Assembly: GCF_018977255.1 (NCBI RefSeq)
Contig: NW_024704743.1
Location: forward strand, 37,574,001-37,638,000
DNA from: Callorhinchus milii
Taxonomy: Eukaryota
Direction of reading: 5' to 3'
Length of the DNA: 64,000 bases
Under the pieces are notes generated by a model that searched no databases, was not told where the DNA came from, and worked only from the letters and a program-made list of their open reading frames with translations. Positions 39,666-52,718 of this stretch are shown piece by piece (positions within the stretch are counted from its first letter, which is position 1; every line of letters begins with the position of its first letter). The position numbers and the translations under genes were made by a program.

Positions 39666-41429
39666 CAGTACAGTAGAGCCTTGTTGTAGCATGGTGGTCA
39701 GGTTCATAAATTCCCAAACAGTATTATAATTGGGCACAATCCCTGGTCGGTGCTTTTGTATTCACTGAGTATGAGTGTAGTTTCCTATTCTAAAAAATAG
39801 TTGACTTCCAGGTCGTTGGGTTGCAAGCAATGTCAGGTTGCCACCAATAACTTCAACATGCAGGACATTGGTGGTGATCTGATGGCCCTGAAGTGAGCTA
39901 TTGTCTAGTGTGTGGGGCACCGGTATGGCCTTCTGCCTATAATTTGGATTGTTTCAGAAGTAAATATCTGGGTCCACATCCCACAGTTATAAGTAACAGT
40001 ATGTTATGAGATGCATTATAATACGGTTCTACTGTACTTCTCCTGCTTGGGGCTAGTTCTTTGAAAAGAATGGGAGACATGAAGCATGTTACAATGCTTG
40101 TTATATAGCACTGATGAAAAGTGCCCTTGTGATAAATTACACTGTAGTTTACTCCAGGTTTGCTCCCTATAGTTTACTCCAGGTCACCAACTTAAAATAG
40201 AAGATCCTTTGAAACTGACCTATTTGCTGAAAAGCATGAGTTGTGTTAGAAGTAATTTTATTTGTACTGTAGCTAGCGAGAAGGGTATTGGCATAGATTA
40301 GAGAATACTAATTATTTCTCTACAATACTTTACAGTCTTAAATTAGCTGGTTAGTAAGTAACATTATTTAAACCCTGGAGGGTGACTATCGCTGGTGAAA
40401 TATGTTTTTTCAGATGAACCCGATGAGTTTGTTGACAGTGGATGTCTCTGGCCTCACTTTGATGTGCTGCAGAATCTGAAAGAATGATAGTTTTTAATTA
40501 AACGCTTCAAGAAGCATGGAATTCTATAATGCACAACATCAAAGAAAAGGAATTGTATAATGTGGGATATCCAAGAGTATGTGTTTTGTGCAGTATCCCA
40601 GGTCCTTTTGAATATAGTCAATTATTTAAAAAGACCCCATCTGGGACATGATATTACTTAATAGAATATTTCAAAGGGTTCCAGGTAGCGATCAGGTATA
40701 TAATTAGCAATGCTTCCTCTCTGCCAAGAGTTATTTATAAAGTGATGGATCAGTTGTCTGTGAGGTCATGAAAAGCCATTAATCAGTGAGTTTAATAAGA
40801 TAAGAAGAAATCCTCACCTCTCGCTCTTAAATTCCTGAGCCTGATTTTTATTCTCAGTCAAATTACCTCTACTACTACTTCTTACATTTGATATAGTGCC
40901 TATCAAGTTGGGGTGCCTTTTTAAAGTGCTTCACAGGATTTTAGTGCACAGCAATGTCTCACAAACAACCTTAAAGTGAATGACCACTTTGATTTTAACT
41001 TTGAGATTTTAATTTTAATTTTCATATTGCTGTGTGCAATTGGCTGCTGCGTTTCGCCCACAAAATATAGTCAATTCACTTTACAATATATTCTGTGAAG
41101 CTCTTTAATATAGCACCTTATCACATATTTGAGATGTCTTAAATACAAGGTTTATTATTATTAACCTGCTGCCTTCAGTCATTAAATGTCATTAAGGACT
41201 TTACAAGATATACTTCATTTCAGAGTCTGTGAACTATCACTTCCCATGTAAACTTCTTTCTCCACTCTCAATCATTCTGAATAGATCAGCCATGTATATT
41301 TATTTTAGTGCCAGTTTCTCCCTTGAATAGCCTCACTCTTGCTGTTGGGAGCAAGAGTTCTCTGATCTCATCCTTACAGAATACCCACCTTGCTGTCTTC
41401 CTAACATAGCATCATGCTGTTTTTTTAAA

Positions 41430-42100
41430 TCAATCCCAGGTCCTGGCAACGTGTTCCAGTCGTTAATTACCCTCTTGGTAAATAAGATAATTCCTGGTGT
41501 CTGTTGTGGAATTGCGCTTTGTAAGCCTATCCAAGGACTCTGGAATGCTATAAGATCCCCTCTGAGACTTCTGCTTTCAAGAAGGAAGAGCCCTCGCTTG
41601 TCTAATCATTGTTCATAGCTCATTCCTCTACCATTGGGGATCATTCTTGTTGTTCTCCTCTTCAATGCCTTTCTGACTTGGGGCAAGCCCTTTATGTTTT
41701 GGTGACCAGAACTGTATGCAATTCTTTAGGTGTGACTTGATAAGTACACCATACAGTTTGATTTCAGGGAATCTGAACTCAACTACTTTGGCACTGTAGC
41801 CCAGCATCCAGTTTGCCTGTTTATTGCTGGCTCACGCTGTTTTGACACAATGAATAATGAGTCAACTAACAACCATAAATTTTAGATCTCCATCAGCTTC
41901 CCCCTTGGCAAGTACTATCCATCTCTAGAGTACATGTGTTTCTTATTCTTCCTACATGAAGTATCTTGCATCGATCAGCACTGATAATTTATCTCCATTG
42001 TATTTATCTTTATTTTCCAGTCATCAGACTATCAAGCTGTCGGTGTAAGACTTTTGCTGCCTTTTCTGATTGCACAGTTCCCCCCCAACTATAATGTATC
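41430..42100 (-). mobile_element. CR1 ORF2 3' fragment
   Basis: Reverse complement homologous to 18170-18640 (atagctcattcctcta, ggtgaccagaactgtatgca). Confidence 0.8.
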
Positions 42101-42249
42101 AAAAAATCATAGATTATGTTCTTAAAAGAAACTCGTAAGAAGTTAGTTTTCATTTAAATCAATGTGTTTATTTAATATTTGGGGTATTTAATGACTTCAT
42201 TACTTTTAAAACATCATGAATGAAACATATAACAAATACTGTATCGTGC

Positions 42250-42462
42250 TTTCAGCCACTACGCCTGAAACTCTGGAACATTCTTCCTCTATCCCTCTGC
42301 CTTGCCCCTCCTAACCCATTTTCAGATCGTGCCTGAAGACCTTTCTCTTCGACCATGCCAACGGTCACCTTACCCCCAGCTTGGTGTTGTGCTCCTCCAC
42401 TCTCAAGCACTCTGGGACAATACCCTGTGTGAAGGACACCATATAAATACCAGTGGTTGTTA
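42250..42462 (+). mobile_element. L2 3' end
   Basis: gctttcagcc...ctctggaac...cctgaagacctttctcttcgacc. Confidence 0.7.
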
Positions 42463-42740
42463 TAAACAGCGCCTTCCACATGGGGGTCGCGTCTCAGAGA
42501 GCTTAATTATGGAAAATTTGTGCTTGAGAATTATTAACTGGAATTTTGAAGTTACCGTAAATAAATTTAGGGAGAGATTTTCTCAATCATCATGGCGGCA
42601 GTTGGAGTTGGGGGGTGGGGGGGTGCGGAGGGGAGAGATAGGAGAAAGAGGAGCAAGGATTCAAACTCACAACCAGACTTTCGCAATTGACTGGAAATTG
42701 TGTTGTCTCTTAACTGATTTGATGTATTAATTAGTACGAT

Positions 42741-43056
42741 GGGAAGAAATTCCACCCAGATCTAAATTTACTCTAGTTATGGAGGATTGTCCTGGCAAAC
42801 AATCCCAATAGAGACGTCATAAATGTTTGAGATATTCCTGTGCAAATTGTGTACGTGTATGTTATACAATTCGTGTACATGTATGTTATTATTACTTTGG
42901 GAATTTGGCAACTATTTAAATACAACCTTAACGTTGAAGCTGATTTTCTGTAAGTTCTTCAAGAAAAAAATCCCAAATTCAACCATTTGCCAAAGTCTGG
43001 ATGCTCCAAAATGCCACAGAAATAGAGTAAATCTAGACCAAGGAGGAACTTTTCAC
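42741..43056. mobile_element. MITE (PIF/Harbinger-like), copy 1
   Basis: TIRs gggaagaaattccacccagatctaaatttactcta / tagagtaaatctagaccaaggaggaacttttcac. Confidence 0.75.
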
Positions 43057-43119
43057 AAGACAACTTTGTCCAGAGCTTGGTAAATTTAGTAACAAACAGA
43101 ACAACTTCGATATCCTCAT

Positions 43120-43448
43120 CCTTGGTTCGAGCTCTCGCCTTACAAATGAGAGGACATAAGTTCAATTCCCGGCCAGGCAAAACCTTAGGCAAGTTTCCTT
43201 ACTCCACACCCCTCTGTTTAACTAGCAGTAGGCAGGAACCCTGTTGTTAGTCAATTGGCGGATCGCTTTTCCAGGGGTAATAATCCTTTCAAAAAAATTA
43301 ATTATTATAATTCGGTCACACAATCCATGACTATTTGTGGGACACTGCTGTGCACAACTAGCTGCTGTGATTTGCAGTGTATTCTTTGAGACGACTCAAC
43401 AATGTGGTGAGGCGCTATATCAGATATGAGGATTATTATTATTATTAC
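43120..43448 (+). mobile_element. SINE family A
   Basis: Partial head, core and ATT tail. Confidence 0.88.
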
Positions 43449-44539
43449 TATCCTTCCAGATGAACAGTAGCTCTGTGCCATAAATTAGTATGAGCCAGAC
43501 AAAATGGAGAGGTTTTGATTCACTCCACAATTTTAAGTTAGGTGTACTGCTTTCTCTTCATGTTTTAAGCAAAGCAGACAATAGACTTCCAGTCTATATG
43601 AGACTAAGCATTAATCTCTGCAATCTGATAATGGCCATTATCTCCGCTGATGTATGGCTGCTTTCAGCACAGGGCTATGTTAAATAGCATCATGTTTTTA
43701 CAGCCGGCTAGGTCCTTTTACAATATTAAAATGTATTTCAGGAAATCATCCACTCAGCTCCTGTTAATCCTGCAAACCAGAGCCCCAACGGGTAGGGTAG
43801 TCCTAGCTGGACAAACAGCGGGAAAGCTTGTCTGGAATTTCCATTCATGGAATTCTCAGCTTGGTTTTGGATATTCTTAAGCATATTGATGGGTTTCCAA
43901 ATGTGTCAGACACTTGGCTAACCAAAAAAAAGTTATATTGCATAATTGTTTCACAATTGAGCTGTTCGGGAACACTGTAGTTATCCAACATAAGAAACTG
44001 TCCTGAGAATTGACATGGAATAAGCATGCTTGGGGGGTTATTGGTTATCAATAGTAACACATGCCTTGCTGTGCAAAACCAATGCAGTTGATAAGCTCCT
44101 CCAGCGGAGAAGTTATCACTAACTGAATTTGTTGAAGCTTTCTGCCTAAATGCTTTTCTTAGACCAAAGCATGGCACCGCTCTGCATTGCTATGAAATCT
44201 GACTTTAAAGGAGTAGGTAAGTGTGGCAACGGGGACTACTTTCAATGTAAATTATTGCTCCCAACTATCTAGCAATTTGTGTTCAAATAAACATCCAGTG
44301 AGCCTTTCAGCTTATGTCAGCTGTAAGACTTGTCAGCAGGCGTCTGGGAATAAAGCAGATCGACTATTTCACTTCCAGAATGCTGGTCTGGGGGTACCTT
44401 AGCCAGAAATGTTCCATAAAATACTGGCTAACTGGTGCTGTGTACCTGACTCACTGAAGGACGTTCCCAGCTCTGATTGACGTCCAAGATAGAGCTCATC
44501 TGCTCTGTTTCCCATTGCTGATATGGGTTCCCTTCTGAA

Positions 44540-44903
44540 GTGGAATCTTGTAGCTCAGTGGTTAGAGCATTTGCCTTGCAAGTGAAAGACCTGGGTTTGA
44601 TTCCTGGCAGGCAAAATGTTGGGCAAGTTTCCTTACTCCACACGTCTCTGTTTACCTAGCAGTAAGTAGGAACCTGGTTGTTAGTCGATTGGTGGATCGC
44701 TTTTTTGGGGGTAATAATTACTTTAAAAAAGTAATAATTTAGTTACCCATGCCACGACTGTTTGTGGGGACACTGCTGTGTGCAATTGGCTGCCGTGTTT
44801 TGCCCACAAAATATACAGTCAATTCACTTTACAATGTATTCTGTGAAGAGCTTTTGAGATGTCTTGAAGATGCTATATCAAATCAAGGATTATGTTTATT
44901 ATT
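44540..44903 (+). mobile_element. SINE family A full length
   Basis: A box tagctcagtgg, B box ggtttgattcc, core and tail. Confidence 0.92.
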
Positions 44904-44958
44904 AGGATTGCAAAGCCCAGAATTGGCAGTTCTTCACAGAAGTGGGAATCTGGACTAA

Positions 44959-45735
44959 GGGGAAGAAATTTCACCTGGGTCTCGATTTACTTTTTTGAAG
45001 CATTTTAGAGCGTCCAGAATTTCGCAAATTCTTAAATACAGTCTAAATTTTTAAGCTATTTTAGAAAATTGAGACTGAAATCAACAATTAGATACATTCT
45101 GGATGATCTGAAATGCTAAGAAAATAAAGTAAATGATAATTCTTGCATTTGATTTAGCACCTTAACATCAATGAAATGTCCCAAAGTGCTTTAAAATATG
45201 TTTACTGTGAATTGTAGTAATTGTGTATTTTATAAGCGAATGTATGTCCCACAAACATCCATGAAGCAAAAGACCAATTTTATCTGATGATTATTGGCCA
45301 GGAGAAACTCCCTCTTCCTTTCAAATAGTTATCATTCTTTTCAAACAAGATTTTTAACGTCCACCTGAATAGACAGGTGGAACCTCAATTTAACGTCTCA
45401 TCCAAAGGATAGCACCTCCAACAATGTTGGATACCCTTTAAGGGTATCAGGAAGTAGAAATCAAGATGCAGTGGGAACTTACTGAAGGGGTTTTGGTTGT
45501 ATTGTGTTTCGAGAGCTGAGAATAAAATAGTGATTTCTACATTTTGAGTTGCGAGAACATAATACAACACTGCATTGAGGGTCGGTCTTGATTGTGATCT
45601 CAAAGTCTTAATGTGGAGCTTGAACACAGAACATTCTGACTCAAGAGGCAAGAATACAACCAACAGAACTAGGCTGACAGCAACAGAGCCAGGCTTGACA
45701 CCTATAAATCTAGACTCAGGTAGAATTCCTTCACT
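44959..45735. mobile_element. MITE (PIF/Harbinger-like), copy 2, with nested SINE family B (-, ~45135-45680)
   Basis: TIRs match at 24 of 30 positions; TAA on both flanks (44956-44958, 45736-45738). Confidence 0.75.
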
Positions 45736-45856
45736 TAAGTTTTCATTTTCTCTCACAAGACTAGGAGTATTTTACATATACAAGAGTTTAATATACCTAG
45801 ATGGAGAGAGCGAGTATTCTCACCCCTACATTTAACTTTTTTAAATCTGATTTGAA

Positions 45857-47126
45857 CAGGCTTTGTATGCACTATAATACGCACCATGTTTGAATTTAGT
45901 CATTTCACTTATGGTTCATTTGCGTTATTATCTTAAAAAGTCATTACGCTTGTCAGCAAATTAGTGTGAAATGCTTCAAGATATCTTCATATTATGATCG
46001 CAGTAAAAATGCAAATCGTTCTTCAACAATATTTTTTATTGTCACTGATATAACTCAACAGGCAGCTTCAAAACAATCATTATTATATAGATGCCTGTTG
46101 AAATCAAACGAATTGGAAAAACCTAGTATCTATGCATTTTATTTGATGGAATTCCTATCTTTCTTCAGGGGGGAAAGCTGTTCAGATGTTAGGAATAGGT
46201 TTCCAATAAGTCTTTACATTGTTTTCTTTGCCTCTATTTGTTTGCCCACAAAATACACAGTTACTTTATGAATACCACTTGATAATATATCCTGCAAAGT
46301 GTCTTGAGAGGTCTTGACAATGTGTGTGGTGCTTTATCAAATGTAGGGATTATTATATCGTCTGAGCACATAACTGATGTGTGTGTGGATTTGTTTGTTT
46401 GTTCCATGAAGAGAGTTGTGAAACCTATCCAGACGTTTTCTAGTCTGATGGATTTGGATCCGGTACGCTCCCCATTCCCAGGTGTGTGTTGAGTGCACCA
46501 ATGGGGACATCCTTGCCACTTGCATGGGTTGAATAAGCAAAGTGATTGAAAGGAATAAAATATTTGCTTTGAGTTTTCAGTCATTAAAGTAAAAATACTT
46601 CATGGGCTGAAACATTTGGGTATTGCCTGTTGCCGAAGATAAGCCTAGATAATTCAGAGTCCCTGCAGTATCATCTACCAGCAGAAGTTTAAATATTCAT
46701 GATGGGGTTTTAGAATTGTGGCACTGCATTAACTTGTGGAATCCAGTAATGAAGCAGCCGGGAATCTGCACATACCACTTGAACGAACTTTGATGATTTA
46801 TTCGTTGATATTGGACCACCTAGAATTCAAGTGCAGTTCCTGATTAGGTTTGGCAATGAGTTGCTCACAACGTGCCCTGTGGAATGTGATGTTGGAGCAT
46901 TCAGACCAGTGACAATAAAAATTATTGTTGAAGAAAGATTTTGTATTTTTATTGCATTAATTAGATTTTTTCATTTTTATTGCGATCATAATATGAAGAT
47001 ATCTTGAAGCATTTCATAACAATTTGCTGATAAGCATAATGACTTTTTAAAATAATGACTTAAATGAACCATAAGTGAAATTACTAATTCAAACATGCGT
47101 GCATATTATAACGCATACAAAACCTG
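45857..47126. mobile_element. Non-autonomous DNA transposon-like element with ~190-bp terminal inverted repeats
   Basis: 45857-46047 is the reverse complement of 46906-47126; ends are CAGG...CCTG. Confidence 0.8.
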
Positions 47127-47249
47127 TCCATAAGGTTTTCGATTAATGCCATTTCACTGAATTACTAAGATAGCTGTGGTCCAGAGAGTGGTGTTTCAAT
47201 TTCAGTGAGATTCCAGTAATCTCATTATAGAGCAGTTGAACAATATTTA

Positions 47250-47463
47250 ATGAGGGCTGTTAGTGAGGGATGGCTGTTATTGAGGGGGTTATTGAGACTG
47301 TTATGGGGGGTTATGGAGGGGGGTTTTGAGGGGGTTATTTCGGGGTTAATGAGGGGGTTATTGAGGCTGTTATTGAGATTGTTATTGAGGGGATGATTGA
47401 CGGGGTGCTTGAGGGGTTTATTGAGGGCTGTTATTGAGGGAGTTATTGAGGGCTGTTATTGAA
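47250..47463. repeat. Imperfect tandem repeat, 12-14 bp units (GAGGGGGTTATT / GAGGGCTGTTATT)
   Basis: Read directly from the sequence. Confidence 0.85.
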
Positions 47464-47699
47464 GGTCACCTCTGATACGTCTTCTCTCAAGCCTGAATCG
47501 CATGCTGCATTTTGTCCCCCTCTACCCACCCACTTACATTCTTGATGTCCTAAATCTGCCCCAATGACACTGTATATTAATCAAATGGACAGTTGAGCCA
47601 TTCAAGACCAGATATGGTGCGTGCTGAGAAAGGTGATTTCAAACAGTGGGGTCCCTTCAATTGGTGTTAGTGCTGTGAGATGGGGAGGGTGTGAGCAGA

Positions 47700-48110
47700 A
47701 ATCATAAGAGAAGTTTGACTAATGGCCATTCACTTATTTATCTCATCTTTCCAGAATACCCACTTTATTATCCTCCCATTACACCATCACACGGTTTCTT
47801 AAATAAGTCCAATATCCTAGTCCTTCCTGGTACTTCCGTTCCAATCATTAATTACCTACTAATTCCCTACTTTGCGACCTGGGCGCTCTTGTTCTGCTGT
47901 ACTGGTGTATTTGAATGTTTTGTCTGGATTTAGTCTCTTAATCCCATTCAAAATCCTGTGCAACCTGCAAGGATGCCTGCTTCCCAAGGAAAAGATGATC
48001 TCATTATTGCTCATAGCTCATTCCTCTAACACTGGAGATTATTCTTGTTGGTGTCCACTGCACTGCTTCTAGGACCTGGGCAGTTTCTCATGTTGCAATG
48101 ACCAAAGCAA
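47700..48110 (-). mobile_element. CR1 fragment, old
   Basis: atagctcattcctctaacactgg...tctaggacctgggcag, shared with 9005-9335. Confidence 0.7.
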
Positions 48111-48274
48111 TTGTGGTAAGGCTTTTCAGCCTCTCAAAGAGGAGATACAACCAGAGGCACGTGAGATTTCAAATGGGACCGAGAATGTAAACCCAGAACA
48201 ATAACACAGCAATATCCCCAATACATGCTCTCGGATTCCCCAGCCTTGACTCTCAACAACCGAATTACTTGCAG

Positions 48275-48582
48275 GTGGAGTCCTGTAGCTCAGTGGTTAC
48301 AGCATTCGCTTCACAAGCGAGAGACCTGGGTTCAATTCCCGGGCAGGGCAAAATGTTGGGCACGTTTCCTTACTCCACACGCCTCTGTTTACCTAGCAGT
48401 AAGTAGGAACCCAGTTGTTAGTTAATAGGTTGATCACTTTTCCGGGGGTAATAATTCCTCCAAAAAAATAATAATAAATTGGACACTGCTGTGCGCAATT
48501 GGCTGCTGGGTTTCGCCCACAAGATATGCGTCTCAAAGACATGATAAGGTGCGATATCAAATGCAAGGATTATTATTATTAA
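48275..48582 (+). mobile_element. SINE family A (internal deletions)
   Basis: Intact A and B boxes, core and ATT tail. Confidence 0.9.
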
Positions 48583-50599
48583 TACTTCCCAAAATTAGAT
48601 AAGTAGAGTTTGTCGCTCTGGGGAAAGAGGGCACATTTCCTGCTGCTCTTGAAAACCACCTATCCAGGCATGTCTACTGGAGGGAGTGCATGTGTCTGGA
48701 TATTTGTTTAGAACTGTATTGATCTTGCCAGTATTGCCATTTCACCCCCAACCCCTGCCCCACTCCAGTAGTTGAATCGTCTGCCAACATTTGCTGTTAA
48801 GGTTTTTGCATGAATAATGACCACGTGGAAAAGGTACCAATAGAAGAAGAAATAAGTCTAGTTTGCCTTAATTAACTATAGTTCTTTGTAATAACCTAGT
48901 TCTTTTGTGAAATTCAATGTTAGCACCTGGCATATGGAGTTCCCTTAGGAGCTTGAGCAGATGTTGTCTATATGATAATCTTGACACCCGAGGCTTTTAT
49001 CTGAATCTGCTTCTGTATTACACCAAGGGCTGCACTATTTGCATCCCTCACATGGCAGTGTTAACACTTGAGCAACTTCTCAGTGCAGTCACAGCTTTGA
49101 GATTTAAAGAACCAAGAGCTTTTGGGGAATTGTTTTTAAGGCGATCGGGAAAAAACTTATTAGCAATCAGTACTTAGCTACCAGAAACGCCAAAACCCCC
49201 TGGCAATAGCAGACCAGAGATCTGACACGGCGTGCAACCATGGATGCTTTCTATCGGATCTGTCTGAGCTAAAATGATGGTCTCTCTGGGTAATTTCCCA
49301 AACATCTCTTGGACACTGTTGCCCTACTCAGGTACCGTGAGTTGCTGCTTTCAGCAAAAGTACTGTTTCAACTTGCCTTTCACATGAAATGAGTGTCTCA
49401 AACCTCTTCACAGATAGTTTTGACATAATAAAAATGCCTTTGATTCCAGTCCATTAAAGGATGTTAGAGCATTGCTGCTGTCCAGAGCAAAGGGAAAGTC
49501 TGATTTATGTGGTCGTGGCCGTGTTGTGGTCTGTTTCTGGTGGTTATAGTGAAATTAATCTTTCCATTCAATGTACTGCCTTTCAAGTTGGGAGTTTGTC
49601 TTAAAAGAATTTCACAGGATTTATTGCAAAGTATAATGAACTTACATTTTATAGGCAGCCAGTTTGCATGCAGTAATGTGTTCCAGTAATGTGTTGGCCC
49701 ACAAACACTTAAAGCATGAAATGACCAATTTGATTTAGGGGATTGTTGGACAGGATACCGGGAGAAACTCCCTTCTCTTTTTGAATAGTATCATGGAATC
49801 TTGAACATCCACCAGAACAGGTAGGAAACTGTTCAGTCAGAAGACAGGAACCAAATGCATGGTTGAAGCGAGATTGCTTTAAAATATTTGAAGGTACAGG
49901 GAGGGGAGTAAGGCTAAGAGATTTTGGAAACCGTTTCCACAGGGCAGGGCTATGGAGGCTCCTTTAAATATTGTTGACGTGTGTGGTTATCACTCAAAGC
50001 ATCTGTGCACTAGATTGGCAATAATACAACAAATAGTTTCAATTTATGGAGATTAGATTTAGTGGTGCATAATTCAGGGTCTGGGCTAGGTGTTAATCAC
50101 ACACAATGCATCTTGCAGAAAATCAGCTTTTTCTTCCCAAACACTCTATCAATAGACCTTATTAAAACAACAACTTTTTTTTATGTTGTTTGACCAGGTC
50201 CAGCTGCTTCATTTCAATGAATAATTGATGCGCTGTCAGTGAGGGGATTGAGGCCGCTGAGTGCTCGAGATTAAAGATCTAAAATGATCTTCAATGGGAC
50301 ACAGATGTTATCAATGTGTGTAACTGGGCAAACAGATGACAGCACTATGGCACAGTTGACACTGATGAAATGCGCAAGCCTCTCTCTGTGTGGGCTTTAT
50401 TGCCTGATAATATGGCAGGAGCTGAACTTTGCATATCCAGGCCAATTTTGTCACCTGAGCACTCTAAAAAACTAAATCACTCTAAAAGGGTTTGGAAAAT
50501 CATCCTCGCAGTCTCCTCCACCGCTGGGGCATCAGAGGATCATGAAATTAGTTGACAAGATGTACGGATTTCTACAAACTCATTTTTTTTATAGAGGTC

Positions 50600-50845
50600 T
50601 AATTTGCAGCTAATGTACGCACAAAAACAATGTCCCACAACCATCCTTGAAGTGAATGAACAGTTTTATCTGTGGGATTTTTGGTCACAACACAGAGAGA
50701 AACTCCCTCCTCTTTTCAAACAGTGCCATGAGATCTTTAACATCCACTGGAACAGGCTTACACGACCTTGGTTTAACATCTTGAAGGATCGCATCTCTGG
50801 CAATGCAGCTCTCCCCAAGCAGTGCATCGGAGTACAGCCTAGACA
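50600..50845 (-). mobile_element. SINE family B fragment (others at ~49580-49830, 53450-53740, 54830-54945)
   Basis: gagaaactccctcctcttttcaaacagtgccatgagatctttaacatccac. Confidence 0.78.
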
Positions 50846-52489
50846 ACATTTGTGCCAAGCTTGTATGTGTATAAACCTGTACATCATTTGCTGTTTGCAT
50901 ATCGTGTTACTGTATAATAATGTACAATGTGCAATTTCACTGTAACATACAATGAAGTAACTCGGCAGATTAAAGATCCTTCTGGAAAAGTCGTTGCCGA
51001 GTGAAAGACCAAGTCACACAGACTCACATAACCTCCACTTGCTCAGCTGTCAGTATGTTGCAGTTGGCCTCAGCATTTCTGACATAGGGAAAGACCAAGC
51101 AGGTCAGATAATGGCGATTTTAATCACTATCTACTGGCTCCTGGTGGAAAGTGCTTGGACATTGCGTTAGGTAGATTTGACTTTGCTGTGATTTCCCCCT
51201 GGCCCAGGTGTTAACAACCCGCTGCTCAGCACCTTCAGGAAGAGGAGAAAGTAAAATTAAAAAATTACTTGGTTCCAGTCAACCAAGTTCATTGGGGTGG
51301 TTGCACGCTTGTTAGTCTGTCAGAGCTGCTGTCTGTCTTAAACACAGGAACGTCTGCAGCTCGCTGCTCCAATCAATGCACACTTCGATTTGACTGGAGT
51401 CTGACCCCGTCTGCAGTATTGCAAGTGTTACAGGCACAATTGTGACCGGCTCACTTGATTAATCTGAAGCAATTTTTTTCTCTCAATCGTGCCGGGTCTC
51501 TAAGGTAACATTGCGATAAGATTGTTTCAGAATTTGGTCTTCGACCATCAGAGTCTGATAATTCTTTACTTCCCATTCCTAAAATTGCTAAAGGGAAAGC
51601 ACACGGTCCGGTGAAACTGCATGGTTTAACAACAACAAGAACAAGATTACATTTGTATAGTGCCTTTCACGTCGGGTGGACGTCCCAAGGAGCTGAGGTT
51701 TAGTATAAATTTCACATCGAAAGGATGCATTAGATAGCTTAGTAAGGCATCGGAACAGGTCAAATAGTTAGCGTCAGAGTCGGCATGAACCAAGTGGGTG
51801 CTCGGCAATCTCACACCAAATCGGTTTGAATTCTGATCCACTCGCCCCTGCTTGTTCTAATGATTCATTGACATCACTTCAGAGTGAATCCAGGCAGCTC
51901 AGAGTGTGCCTCTCTGAGGAGTGGAACTAATTAGTAAATCTGAATTTACATACAATACGTGACATAGGAAATTATAACCACCCAGGAGGAAATTAAAATT
52001 AGCAACAGTCGTGGAGGATTAAATGACTTCCATAAATTAACTAAAGTCTTTCCTGTACTGTGACTCATGATGTAACATCCAAAGACAGTGCATGGATCAG
52101 AGCACATCCCTCCACAATAGTATCCTCTCCTTTCTTGAAGATGGTGATTTGACTGGGTTACAGCTCTCGGAGCTTGGCCATCCTTCATTGCCATGTTCAA
52201 GTGACCGATCTTCTTATGTGAGTTTTTCCACAGAGAAATTCAGCCATGGGGGGAGGAGTGGAGTGGGAACACAGCTGGGACAACTAAACCAGGATAATAT
52301 GTAGTTAGTACATCCTGATCCAGATGCTACGGTGATTAAAATAGGATTGAAAATTCATTTGAAACCAATGCGGTTAGCATTTTGTTTTTTGGAATGTTTC
52401 TTGATTGAAACAAAGATTGGAAAATCCAACAAAAGGCTGGGAAACAAAACGTTCTTTGCCGGCTTTCACGATCATGACAAATCTTGCGA

Positions 52490-52718
52490 ATCATAGAATT
52501 ATGGAAATTTATAGCACAAAAGGAGGCCATTCCCATTTGAGTCTGCACTGATTTGCAGAACAGAGATCCATTCATTCGCACTGCCCTATCCCCACAACCA
52601 TTCAAGTCTCTATCTTTCATGTACTTATCTACTTCCCTCTTGAAACCCACAATGGACTTGGTTTCTACAACCTTACATGGCAGGGATTCCAGGTCCAAAC
52701 AACGCTCTGTGTAAAAAA
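52490..52718 (-). mobile_element. CR1 3' end
   Basis: atcatagaatt...aggaggccattc; ORF 52336..52812 contains FYTERC...FKREVDKYM. Confidence 0.85.
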
